From assembly GCA_030390025.1 (NCBI GenBank), contig JASTWF010000036.1:2730001-2794000 (forward strand): 64,000 nt of DNA. Direction: 5' to 3'. Shown piece after piece: positions 49,582 through 61,612 of the stretch (its first letter is position 1; each line of letters opens with the position of its first letter). Below the pieces are notes generated by a model. It made no database searches and had not been told where the DNA came from. It saw only the letters and a program-made list of their open reading frames with translations. The stretch is from Squalus acanthias. Its lineage: Eukaryota. A program made the translations under genes and the position numbers.

Positions 49582-50779
49582 AACGTCTCGGGTTTCCTGG
49601 AGATCTTGCTTTTTCTCCCCCATTTCTCCCCTCCTTTCCTGAAGGTCACAAGTGTCAGCATGCTACTTCAACTGCGGGAAAGCATCACAGCCAAACTCAA
49701 TCCTGTTCTTTCTCAACTTCCACATGTGTGCATTTTTCACCGAGGAGTGATCAGGAGTGGCAACCCTGGATGATTTTCCACTCCATAGTCCAGAGAAGCA
49801 ACTGCAGGGCTCCAATGACTGCCCTGGTTGAGATGCCTTATTTTTCTTTCTATTTGAAGGTTTGAATTTGGTTACAGGACTGTGACTCCTGAAGCCACCC
49901 AATTATTTTTACAATGAAAGAAAGATAAACAACGATCAGTGCTCCCAGCTATTTTCATTCCAGCTTATCTTACAGTTTATTTTAGTGCCTCTCCCAATGA
50001 AGTTTTATTTCTAAATTCAGTTACTTTCTAATTTCACACTGGAAAATGTACCTTGTTACTGTGAAAGTGCTAGTGAGTATTTAGTTGTGCCAACTAACAG
50101 CTGTGTTCTGCCAACCATTTTTAGAAACGTAGCACTACATTCAGGGAATGAAAGTGAAGGAAAGTTTAGCTCAGGGCTAATTTCTTTTAACCACAGATAA
50201 TTGGCGATAAACACACCAGCAACATCTAGTGGCAGAAAGTTAGTACTGGACTGACTAAGAAACATCACCAACAGGCCTCCACCACCACCACCTTGGGCCT
50301 TATTTTCCTCTCATTGATAAAGTCAGCAAAATAGTAGACATCAGTAAAAAAATTGGTGTAATAATAAAGAAAGAACTTGCATTTCTATAGCGCCTTTCAC
50401 GACCTCAGGACGTTCCAAAGCATTTTACAGCCAATGAAGTACTTTTGAAGTGTAGTCACTGTTGTAATGTAGGAAACGCGGCAGCCAATTTGCGCACAGC
50501 AAGCTCCCACAAACAGCAATGAAATAAATGAAGCAGCTAATGGACAATTTACCCATGTTTATTTTTTCTCTGAGGATTCCTCCTGATCCAAAACAGCTTC
50601 ACGAACAGTCTGAAAAATACTTAGTAAGGTCTTCATGAAAAATACATGCATAATCATACAGCGGTGGAGGATAATTGAAAAGCAAATATTTTACTACAGG
50701 TCATACCTGGCATTAGTGAACTTAACAGAAGACAATATTTTAATTTTGATATCTCCCCTCATGCCCTCTCAGCTCATTT

Positions 50780-52139
50780 GTCCAGGAGATCCACCTCCTG
50801 CTCTCTCGACCCTATTCCCACCAAACTGCTGACCACCCAACTTCAGTTCCTAGCCCCCATGCTAGCTGATATTGTAAATGGCTCCCGCTCTTCAGGTACT
50901 GTCACCCTCCCTTTTAAATATGCCGTCAACATCCCCCTCCAAAAAAAACACCCTTGACCCCTCTGTCCTTGCAAACTACTGCCCCATCTCCAATCTCCTT
51001 TTTTCTTCAAAGTCCTTGAACATGTTGTCACCTCCCCAATCCGTGCCCATCTTTCCCACAACTCCATATTTCAACCTCTCCAATCAGGTTTCCGCCCCTG
51101 CCTCAGCACTGAAATGGCTCTAATCAAAGTCACAAATAACATTGTATGTGACTGTGAAAGCGGTGCACTATCCTTCCTTCATCCTTCTTGACCTCTGCCG
51201 CTTTTGTCACGGTTGACCACACCATCCTCCTACAACACCTTGCCTCTGTTGTCCAGCTGAGTGGGACTGGCCTTGCCTGGTTCCACTCTTACCTAGCCAG
51301 TCATAACCAGAGAATCACCTGCGATGGCTTCTCTTCCCACCCCCGCACCTTTACCTCTGGTGTCCCCCAAGGATCTATCCTTGGTCCCCTCCTATTTCTC
51401 ATCTACATGCTGCCCCTCAGCAACATCATCCAAAAACACATCATCAAATTCCACAGGTACACTGACGACACCCAGCTCTACCTCACCATCACCTCTCTCG
51501 ACCCCTACACCGCCTCTATGTTGTCAGACTGCTTGTCCCACATTCAGTCCTGGATGAGCCAAAATTTCCTCCAATTAAACATTGGGAATACTGTAGTCAT
51601 TGTCTTTGGCCTCCGCCACAAACTCCATTCCCTAGCAACTGATTCCATACCCCTCCCTGACCACTGTCTCAGGCTGAACCAGACTGTTCACAACCTAGGC
51701 GTCCTATTTGACCCTGAGCTGAGGTTCTGAACCCATATCCTTCTCCATCACCAAGACCGCCTACTTCCACCTCCATTATATCACCCGTCTCTGCCCCTGC
51801 CTCAACTCATCTGCTGCTGAAACCCTCATCCATGCCTTTGTCATCTCTAGATTTGACTATTCCAATGCTCTCCAGGCCGGTTTCCCATTTTCCACCCTCC
51901 ATAAACTTAAGCTCATCCAAAACTCTGCTGCCTGTATACTAATTCCCTCTGTAAACCTTTCCGCCTCTCCTCCTTTAAGATGCTCCTTAAAACCTATCTC
52001 TTTAATCAAGCTTTTAGTCACCTGTCCTAATGTCTCCTTCTTTGTCTCAGTGCCAATTTTTGTTTGATTACGCTCCTGTGAAGTATCTTGGGACGTTTTA
52101 CTACATTAAAGGTGCTATATATCAATGTAAGTTGTTGTT
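50780..52139 (+). mobile_element. L2-clade LINE fragment (RT to 3' end)
   Basis: VDHTILL...GVPQGSILGPLLFLIYMLPL...YTDDTQLY...WMSQNFLQLN in ORF 51188-51730. Confidence 0.88.
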
Positions 52140-52349
52140 CAAGTATCACCACAGCCCACTCTCCATGCTTAATGAGCCCTGACCTTGGAAAATGGGTTGG
52201 GGTCATAGTGAGCTCACAGCGACGGGTGGAAATCCCGCTCTGCTGCTACCCTGCCAAGAATCCAGCCCAACATGTACAGTAACAGAAGTGAATATTTTAG
52301 AGGAGATTTCTGGCCCAGAACATAGTTGCAGCAGCCATTGCTGGTTATC

Positions 52350-52990
52350 GCAAGGGCAGCAACAGGAGGAGTATGAGACAACAGCCTGAGAGCCCAGAGG
52401 GTATGGAAGGCACATGACTTGCAGCTGTACTGCAACAGACCCGTGACGGAGAAACAATGCAGGAGTCGGTCACCCTCAGCAGGCAGACCGTAACCAAAGT
52501 ATACCACCTAAGCCAAGAAGACGTACAGGGACAGTCAACTATCCACAATTGCACTACCAGTGGTTATGATGCACCTCAATGCAAGGTTCTCAAGGGATAC
52601 ACATCGTACTTTATTCTGAGAAAATCAAGCGAGGCATAGCTCTTTGAAGAAGGAAGGACTTATGGCTGTCTCTTTATAACTATGAGCTACACAGTGCAAC
52701 TGGGGCTCATAATAAGACATGAGTGGACCAGAACCTTGTTTGAGAAGACATTTGGGGATGCGAAAGCAACACGTTTGATGTTCGGAGTGAGGGGAGGGGA
52801 AACATTATGACCTCAGTTTGCAAAATGGTTGCTGCATGCTGCACAATATTGCTACTGACAGTGGCCTCACCACAGACTTGAATGAGAAGCAGCTTCAAGG
52901 CATGGAAGACCAGAAGGACCATGGTATGCAGCAGCAGACTTGCCACTGCAAGCAAGGAGACAAATTTGGGAGGGTCTTGTTGTGCAGACC
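52350..52990 (+). pseudogene. Highly decayed HARBI1-like Harbinger transposase
   Basis: Frameshifted motifs in expected order: LSRQTVTKVYHL, MHLNARFSRDTH..FILRKS, HEWTRTLFEKTFG, CCMLHNIA. Confidence 0.6.
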
Positions 52991-55187
52991 CTTAATTGGG
53001 TACTAATACTTTCTATTTTACATATTTACAATCAGCAAACTGTTGCTTTACCGGTTCCTTTTTTGCAAAGAACTGCACACTTTAGGCTGGAATCTCCTCT
53101 TCTTGGCAAGATAGTGGTGGGGCAGGACTTCTGCCTGCTGCTGTGAGCTCACCGTAACCCAGGCATGCAGTGTGCGCTCCCAGTCACCAAGAGGGAGCCT
53201 GCCATTGCCAACCCAGAAAATTCTGGCGGTGCTGCAGTGAGAGCACCTTAACAAGTGGCTGGGGATTTCAAGCAGGTGGAAGAGCCCAGAAAGTGAACAG
53301 AGGAATTTTTTTTAAGCCTTGGCCGAGACTATTAGACCCTCTCCCTCCATACAGCAATATAGGGGGCTAACTGCCACTACCCTAGGGACTGTCGCCATCT
53401 TTTTCCTGCGCTGGGGTTGGCAAAGACAGCAGTGGTAAGCAGATCAATGGAGCGGCTTGCCAGGCCCCGGCTCCCAGCCAGCATTTATTGGCCGGGGCGG
53501 GTGTGTGGGGGTGGTGGTGGTGGGTGGCAAAAATGGAGATCAGGGCAGGAGCACTGGGGTAGGTCTTACCACCTGATTTTGCCCCCATTTTCTGAATAAG
53601 GACAGGATAGTGGAGCAAAATCCAACCCTTTATTTTCTGTACAATGGAAGAATGATAGACTGCAAGACATATTGAAGATGAATTAATTTTATTAAGTGTT
53701 TCAGTGCATGTGGTGTATGTGTTTACATGCCACATTTCCCCCTGTCCATTCTTCATGTGGCCTGTACATGTGCTGAACTACTAAGTACTCTCCTAAGTTA
53801 AGGAGTAGCACTGGTGGACAATGTTTCCCTCTCATTTTTTTTCCCTGAGCGGGCCCTTTAAATTTGCGCCCGCGCATGCGTCATATCTCTTCCAGCGGCA
53901 GCGGCTGGTGAGTGGCTTGTGCAGCCATGTGGCCGCACACCTTAGGGGGAACATTGCTAGTGGATGGCTGCAGAGGACACAGAAGGTCTGTTGCTTGTAT
54001 TGGAGACGAACCCTGATGTACCTACATCAGTGTCAGGACATCCTATGCTGGAGTTGTTGTCGGCTCTTCATTTTCATCGATGCTGCGTTCTGCCATGTTG
54101 ACAGGAGTTATGTCATGTCTCAGAACTGCCACTGACATGAGAGAGACCCGAAAGGCTTGCATTTATATGTACCTTTAATGTCCTCAAGACATCCCAAAGC
54201 GTTTCACAGCCAATTTGAAGTGTAGTCACTGGTTGTTTTTTAGGCAAACAGAGCAGTAAAGTTATGCGCATAAAGATCCCACAAGAAGCAATGAGATAAT
54301 GGCCAATTAGTCTGTTTTGGTGATGTTGCTTAAGGGATGAATGTTGGCCAGGATGCCAGGACGTCTGCTTTTCTTTGAGCAGCTGCCAAAAGTCATTGCA
54401 CTGTTGCATTTCCGAAGTACAGGGATCATTAATAGTGACCAGGAGGCTCCTGCTCCTCTACCACCACCACTTACTCTTCCTCACCTGTGTCTTGTGACTC
54501 GCCTGGAGCTACCTCCTCAAGCTCACTTATTACATCCTCCAGGATACGTGTAACACTGCAGGCAGGCTACTCTCCAGGTCAACAATGGCAGAAAAGAAAC
54601 AAACATTAGAATGTTGCCTTCAAGAGACAGCTTGAAACAGTGCTTTAATTGCAAAATACTGGTTTTGTGTATACCTGCATGACAGTGAGGGTGAAGGGGA
54701 AAAACAAATGAGTAGGATCATATTAGCCCGTAGCATGGAGGATGCATTTCTCTTACCCCCTCAAAGCTCTTCGGTGGCCATGGAGGGATTTGGCTTCCTG
54801 AAGGGAGTCAAGAGCTTGTAATTTCTGAGCCCTTCTCCAGTTTGGGTCTGTGCCCTTATATTAGGTGCCGTCTTGTTATGTAAACAAAGAATCTATATTG
54901 ACATAAGGTGAAAGAGCCAACACAGTGACAGACATGTGCTCATCGTGGGTTTCATTTAGTGGCCATGTGTCATACAGCTATCCTGTGTTACAATAATTTG
55001 ATCTACAAGGCTTTCAATTATAAGTTGCAACTTGAACATGTGCCCTGCTGAAATATGGGTACGCATGAGATGCCATTGAAAGAGCTGTAAGGTTTATTGA
55101 GAGCTTGGCATGGAACAGATTTACAGGCAACACTTTGTGGCATGCAGTCTTGGGCCTCCTACGTGGTACATGCTACTGTAACATAGT

Positions 55188-55365
55188 CTTACCTTGCCAA
55201 GTTCTTTAAAGTATACAGTATTCTTCCCCATCTGTTCCTGGATCCCGCAGAGAGTGTACACAGTGCTCAGCGTGACTTCCACCTTCCGTCAGGCATGGTG
55301 CATTGCCGTCTTGTGGAGTGTGTGTCCTGGAGTGCCAAACAGGTCAACCTTCCTCGCACGCACTC
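55188..55365 (-). pseudogene. Decayed Harbinger Myb/SANT exon 1
   Basis: VRARKVDLFG...HA*RKVEVTLSTV...EQMGK...KELGK|gtaag; same GK|GT exon end as at 41756. Confidence 0.45.
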
Positions 55366-56126
55366 ATGCTGCGGCATGAAACACATCCATTTTATGCGCA
55401 GCCCATCCACTTCAACAGCTACTGTGCCACTCTACCATTTGTCCAAAGACTCTGTTTTATACCTTCACATTGGATTTGCCCTACCTTGCTTTTTCACCTT
55501 TCTAAAGGCTATAAAAATGTTTGCGCCCTCTGCTGCTACTTATCTTTAAGTTTCAAGTTGACCTTGAAAACTCATAAAAGGTCAGCTCTCCATGCTACTT
55601 GTATAATATTGCAACAGGACCACAAAATGAGTGAGAGAGACCAAGAGAGAGAGACAGAACATACAGACAACAACAACTTGCATTTATATAGCACCTTTAA
55701 TGTAGTAAAACGTCCCAGGGCACTTCACAGGAGCGATTATCAAACAAAATTTGACACTTAGCCACATAAGGAGATATTAGGACAGATGACCAAAAGCTTG
55801 GTCAAAGAGGTAGGTTTTAAGGAGGGTCATAAAGGAGGAGAGAGCGGTAGAGAGACAGAGAGTTTTAGGAAGGGAATTCCAGAGCTTAGGGCCTTGGCAG
55901 CTTAAGGCACGGCCGCTAATGGTGAGGCAAAGGAAGTGGGGGATGCACAGGAGGCCAGAATTGAAGGAGTGCAGAGATCGCGGAGAGTTTGGCCTTTTTG
56001 TGTGTTTGCTGGTAAGATGGTAAGACGAAAAGCAGAATGTGTGAGTGTTTTTGATCATTATGAGTGCTTTACCTTCTTGGTTATTGAATAGTGATAAATG
56101 TTTGTTAAGTGAGTATACACATGTGT

Positions 56127-56447
56127 AGATGCTGAGAGGCTGTTTCCTCAGGCTGGGGAGTCTAGAACCAGGGGTCACAGTCTCAGGATAAGGGGTCGGC
56201 CATTTAGGACTGAGATGAGGAGAAATTTCTTCACTCAGAGGGTTATGAATCTTTGGAATTCTCTGCCCCAGAGGGCTGTGGATGCTCAGTCGTTGAGTAT
56301 ATTCAAGGCTGAGATCGATAGATTTTTGGACGATATGGGGATCGGGCAGGAAAGTGGAGTTGAGGTCGAAGATCAGCCATGATCTTATTGAATGGAGGAG
56401 CAGGCTCGAGGGGCCGAATGGCCTACTCCTGCTCTTATTTCTTATGT
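56127..56447 (+). mobile_element. CR1 3' fragment
   Basis: Same 3' end as ~45290-45617. Confidence 0.85.
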
Positions 56448-58209
56448 ACCTTGATTGCATGCAAGGCGTTTTCTACTAAAATTAGTGGACATAGCTAAAA
56501 TGGTACCGCCGTAGCCACACCTGTGGCTAGTCAACGATTTCTGTTGGGCAACACTGTCCAAAAGAAAAATTCTATGATCTGTGTGTGTTCACTAACCCCA
56601 ATGATTTCTGACCTTCCCCTCCCCCATCCAATATGACACAATAATCTGTGATAAACTTATTCATACACTGTATTACACTGCAGGCTAATGAAATTCAACA
56701 TCAATTCAATACTCAAGAGAAATAACCCGGTCAAAGCTGTGGCCATTTCTAGAAAAGGAAAGATGCAGAATATAAATTATAGTTACAGAAAAAAAATGCT
56801 CGATGGAGAGAGTGGATTGGAATTAACTCTGTCTTGACAGGATGACATTCAGACTCATCTGCCTGTGCAACCACTGTCACCTAAAATGGCAGACACAGGA
56901 AATCCAATTATCCAGACAGCACTTGCTTTAATCAAACAAATCCTGTAGGTTCCAACCCAATGAGCAATAAATTTGTTCTCTTTAATAGCCAGATGCTACA
57001 GCCCTTGAAGGTTTACCAGCTCCACACGTTTTCATTTCTGACCACATGACAGAAACCTTGTTGTGCTGAACTCTATTAACATAGCCATCCTGTTATAATG
57101 AACCATTTCCCATCGGAATCTCCATTAAGGAGACTAAGGCAGGCTCCTCCTATAATCTTCTGGGTAAAGGCACTCCCTGGTGTGGTACTGAGCCATACAG
57201 ACCAGAAGATCTCAGGTTTGAATCCTGGTTGTGCCAATTTGGCTGATCTTAGCTGGGGCATTAACAACAACAACTTGCGTTTATATAGCGCCTTTAGCGT
57301 AGTAAAACATCCCAAGGTGCTCCACAGAAGCATATCCAGAGAAAAATTGACACTGAACTACAGAGGAGATATTAGGACAGGTGACCAAAAGCTTGGTTAA
57401 AGAGGTTTTAAGGAGGTTTTAAAGGAGGAGAGAGAGGCTGAGAGGTTTAGGGAGGGAATTCCAGAGCTTAGGGCCTCGGCAACAGAAGGCACGGCCGCCA
57501 ATGGTGGAGCGAAGGTAGTGGGGGATGCACAGGAGGCCAGAATTGGAGGATCAGCACTGCTTCCTTCCTCATTGAGCTGGAAACATACTGATCAAGAAAG
57601 TTCTCTTGTACACATTTCAGGAATTCCTCCCCCTCTTTGCCCTTTACACTATTACTATACCAATCTATATTAGGATAATTGAAGTCCCCCATTATCACTA
57701 CTCTGTAGATATTCACTTGAATCTCTATAACATTGTGGGCCTTAACTGGCACTAAAATCGTATCTACAAATTTAGTTATTTCAGTTGGTGTAAAACAGAA
57801 CATGTGTTTAGAAAAGGGACAGGTGGCCTCCCCATGTGTAAAGTATGCCTCGCTAGATGTCACAGAGTATCTTCCTCTGTCCCAAGTACGCAGTGTTGGT
57901 TCTTCTAGGGCCGCATTTAGTCACTTATACAGTACAGTTAGGGAATTCATCACTCAGAGTGAAGCCACAAGCTGGCTACGGGCTCTCCAGCTATCGCAGC
58001 GACATAGCCAGGTTTCATTTTTCCTGGAACAGCAAAAGGTATCTGGGGCTCTCGAGAAACTTCCTCATTCCCTCTAACCAATGTCCTTGGATAGTTCACA
58101 AATTCTTTCAAAACACTGACGATGTCTCAAAATCCTATGGACTCCACTTTAAATACTTCCATCGGTTTAGTGTTACTATTTAATTGTGGGATTGCCACTA
58201 CCATTGGTA

Positions 58210-58573
58210 CAGGAAACTCTTTATTAACCGGCACCGACGGGACCGGCGTGGTGCCGGTTAATCAAAAAGTCCGGATAACGGAGAGTTATATCTCCCAACG
58301 TATGAGAGCCCCGTACACATTGACATGCGCCTGCATTCGGAGCTCCGTCTCCCCGGGGACCGCCAGCTGACCATCTGTCGTGTCCGCTGCCTACCCGGGC
58401 TGCACATTCCCCTCCCAATCTACACGCTCCGATACAAGGCAAACGCCTCGGGGTTTTTTTTAAAGTTAATTTTAAATGAGAGATGAAGGAAAACCCCGGT
58501 TACCTACTCAAGAATTTTGCCGGTTAAGAGAGATTTCCGGATATTTGGGTGCCGGTTAATAAAGAGTTTCCTG
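58210..58573. mobile_element. Tc1/mariner-pogo (Tigger-like) MITE, TSD TA
   Basis: Perfect 26-bp TIR CAGGAAACTCTTTATTAACCGGCACC; TA at 58208-58209 and 58574-58575. Confidence 0.92.
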
Positions 58574-58982
58574 TATCAAGCTTGCTCTGTTTGAGTACAC
58601 AGCTTGCGGGCGTAATACACATAACTGTAGCGTCTCACTTTATACTCATCTGAAGTTCCTTTGAACCACCCCGTTATAGAACGATCTTGATAAAATTTGG
58701 AATCTGGTTATTTTCTATATATGTAACCCTTTTTGGATACGATTTAGTAAAAATCCTTCGTACATATACATGTGATAGCCTTCGAAATGTTCCGATCTTT
58801 GTAACTGTCATTGCTCATTTTGATGCTCTTGTTGATTTTATCTCTAGTTACTATCATACCTTGCACTATTTTTTTAACTGAGATAATTGTTTCAAACTCT
58901 TCCTTTATCAGGTCTCTAGCTCCTCCATTGATCCGTGTCAATAATTCTTTAAACAGTTGTTGCATCATCAACCTTTCACAAC

Positions 58983-59327
58983 AGGAGCAGTAGCATAGGG
59001 GTTATGTTACTGGACTAGTAATCCAGAGGCCTGGACCAGATAATCTGGTAGACAGAGTTCAAATCCCACCAGCTGGGGAATTTAAATTCAATTAAATAAA
59101 TCTGGAATAAAAAAGCTAGTATCAGTAATGGTGATTGTTGTAAAAACCCCATCTGGTTCACTAATGTCCTTTAGGGAAGGAAATCTGCCGTCCTTACCTG
59201 GTCTGGCCTATATGTGACTCCAGACCCACAGCAATGTGGTTGACTCTGTACCACCTCTCAGCAATAAATGCTGGCTTTGCCAGCGACTCCCATATCCCAT
59301 GATACTCGACTAGTAAAAATAAAAAAA
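58983..59327 (+). mobile_element. tRNA-derived SINE sharing both head and tail with the LINE at 6650-9737
   Basis: A-box-like TAGCATAGGGG, B box GTTCAAATC (59057-59065), core CTGGTTCACTAATGTCCTTTAGGGAAGGAAATCTG, tail GCAATAAATGCTGGC.TTGCCAGCGAC, A-rich end, TSD-like CACAAC/CGCAAC. Confidence 0.85.
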
Positions 59328-59752
59328 CGCAACGACTGATAATCTATTGTAATCCCTGCGGTAGCTCCTAATACTATCAATTACCCTAATTCTCGTCTTT
59401 TATGTGACCTTTTGTTCATCTACATCCTGGCCACCATTTCGATAATTAATGTACCAATTCGTGTAACATTAAACAATACAATTCCTCATACTTGGGATGA
59501 CACCGGGCTTTTGGTAAAGAAATGGTGCATCAATCAAATAAAACAGATACAATGACAAAATAAACATAGAAAGCCTCATGAGTCTGTATTTGGTCCTAGT
59601 ATTTGGTCCTCTGATTTACTAGTCCATTATTTGGTCCTTCCTCGCTCATGTTCAGACATCCAGTCTAACCTGATTTATTCAGATTAGTGTCAGTTTTTAA
59701 ACCTTAATTCCACTTCACAAGAGTTATCACATCACCAGAACACTCTCATCAT

Positions 59753-60103
59753 CTAACCATCGCCCAACTCCATTGACGAGTGAAATGCATCCTTGTGTAT
59801 CAGACCCTGTTGGCACCAGTATGTGCCGAGATGCCATTTTCGCACATAGGGAAACTGTAACCCCTGCGCAACTATTTTATTCTCTTTATCCCATCGCTGA
59901 ACACCACAATACGGAATACTCTATCCACCCAAATACCCATCGCTTCTGCCTCTCCTCCATTCAGTAAGAGTCCAATTATAGTCAGTCAGCTATGCAAATC
60001 CTGGGCTGATGGAATATACACAAGTCAGCACTGCCAGGTGTCCAGGTGTCACTTCCACCTCCAGTGTCGTTCCATTATGCTTGGCCAGTAAAGTCGATTC
60101 CAT
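59753..60103 (-). pseudogene. Immunoglobulin V-set-like ORF (two in-frame stops) between integrase and env
   Basis: One frame: VEVTPGHLAVLTC(28)VYS...W...GLQFPYVRKWHLGTYWC(97); Cys spacing 69 aa and GTYWC F-strand motif. Confidence 0.5.
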
Positions 60104-60349
60104 CTAATAATTAATTATCAACACATCTCCTCGTACCAGAACTATATTTTTTCTGAGACACATAATCACCTGTAAAAAGAACAGAGATCCATTGATGTTG
60201 CAGCGTTTCGTGGAAGCCGTCAGACTGGGAGGTACCTTTCTTCCAGCCAGGTACTTCATGTCTCCTAGGGTCGCTGGCAACTGAAAAACACAAACAACAG
60301 AAACTTGTGGTCCCGAATTGTTCGGACCTTCTGATTTACCTGACCCACA

Positions 60350-60790
60350 GAAGACGCACCATTGTCGCTGTCGATTTAACATGACATTCCCCAATTGGAG
60401 AAGACCTGTTTAACAAGTGCCTTGGCCGTGGCTAGGGGAATACAGCCACCAGTCTGTATTTCCTCGACCCATTTAGCGAAAGCGTCTACTACGATATGAT
60501 GGTCGTTACCACCAGCGGTTCGGAGCAATTTTCCAGTGTAATCATTTTTGAGGCACTCCCAGGGTCTAGTTGGGAATTGGGAGAGGAGAAATGCTTTGTC
60601 TTGGCAGGTGGGTTGAGACACACACATTCGAGGCAATTGTGAACATGGGCTCCTACGGCTTGTGTAATAGAACGCCATCAGCTGATCTGTAGGACCTTAT
60701 TGAGAGTGGTCGGAATTGCTAAATGACCGCCAGTGGGTATGTCATGGGTGATGCGCAGGATTTCATGTTGAAAGGAGAGGGGAACAACTG
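60350..60790 (-). pseudogene. Retroviral/Gypsy-type integrase remnant
   Basis: HHCC finger HDIPTGGH...CLEC; core PWECLKNDYTG...IVVDAFAKWVE...TAKALVKQVFSNWG...IDSDNG. Confidence 0.85.
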
Positions 60791-61175
60791 TGGGCACCAC
60801 ACTTTAGGAAGGATTCCAAGGCCTTGTGCAAAGGAGATTTACTAGAATGGTACCAGGGATGAGGGACTTCAGTTATGTGGAGAGACTGGAGAAGCTGGGA
60901 TTGTTCTCCTTGGAGCAAAGAAGGTTAAGGGGAGATTTAATAGAGGTGTTCAAAATCATGAGGGGTTTTGATAGAGTAAATAAGGAGAAACTGTTTCCAG
61001 TGGCAGCAGGGTCGATAACCAGAGGACACAGATTTAAGATATTTGACAAAAGAACCAGAGGGGAGATGAGGAGAATTTTTTTAAGCAGCCAGTTGTTATG
61101 ATTTGGAATGCACTGCCTGAAAGGGTGGTAAAAGCAGATTCAATTGTGGCGTTCAAAAGGGAATTGGAAACATAC
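60790..61175 (+). mobile_element. CR1 3' fragment abutting the provirus relic
   Basis: ORF 60826-61101 QRRFTRMVPGMRDFSY...RGHRFK. Confidence 0.88.
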
Positions 61176-61424
61176 TAATGGGTGCGTGCGCAATCCCAGC
61201 AACAGCACTCTGGTGGGCCCTCCGGCAAGCTAACTCCTTCCACTCTAAAGGTGTGTGCTTCATCGACTGGGATTCTACCCCGTGTCTCCAAATATGACCA
61301 GTACACAACATCTGCCCTCTCTAGAAGGTATGGTTCCAATCTTGGACCAGACAGACATAACCTTTGATTTCTGGAATTAAGCCCTCAAACACCAGCTGCA
61401 TTTTTGCCGATTACGCAACATTAC

Positions 61425-61612
61425 TAAAACAGATGATCTGGTCATGATCTCATTGCTGTTTGTGGGAGCTTGCTGTGCGCAAACTGGCTGCCGCATTTCC
61501 TACATTACAACAGTGACTGCACTTCAAAAGTACGTCATTGGCTGTGAAGTGCTTTGGGATGTCATGGGGTCATGAAAGGAGCTATATAAATACAAGTCTT
61601 TCTTTTTCTTTT
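61425..61612 (+). mobile_element. 3' part of SacSINE1-like SINE (other partial copies ~33945-34092, ~50367-50525, ~54155-54380 on minus)
   Basis: Reverse complement of ~4050-4235. Confidence 0.75.

Larger units (their letters stand above)
57706..59579 (-). pseudogene. Decayed envelope/fusion glycoprotein-like ORF of an LTR retroelement, interrupted by a MITE and a SINE
   Basis: Signal-peptide-like MRLSMFILSLYLFYLIDA, basic site RSHKRR then hydrophobic ELG*LIVLGATAGITI, heptad-like segment (ORF 58744-58971), then Cys-rich CC...WLCRC...CGF...NCT...CPFSKHMFCFTP; downstream of integrase. Confidence 0.6.

Noticed and set aside
55777..56460. 227-aa minus-strand ORF
   Set aside because: Chance read-through of antisense CR1, spacer and L2 tail.
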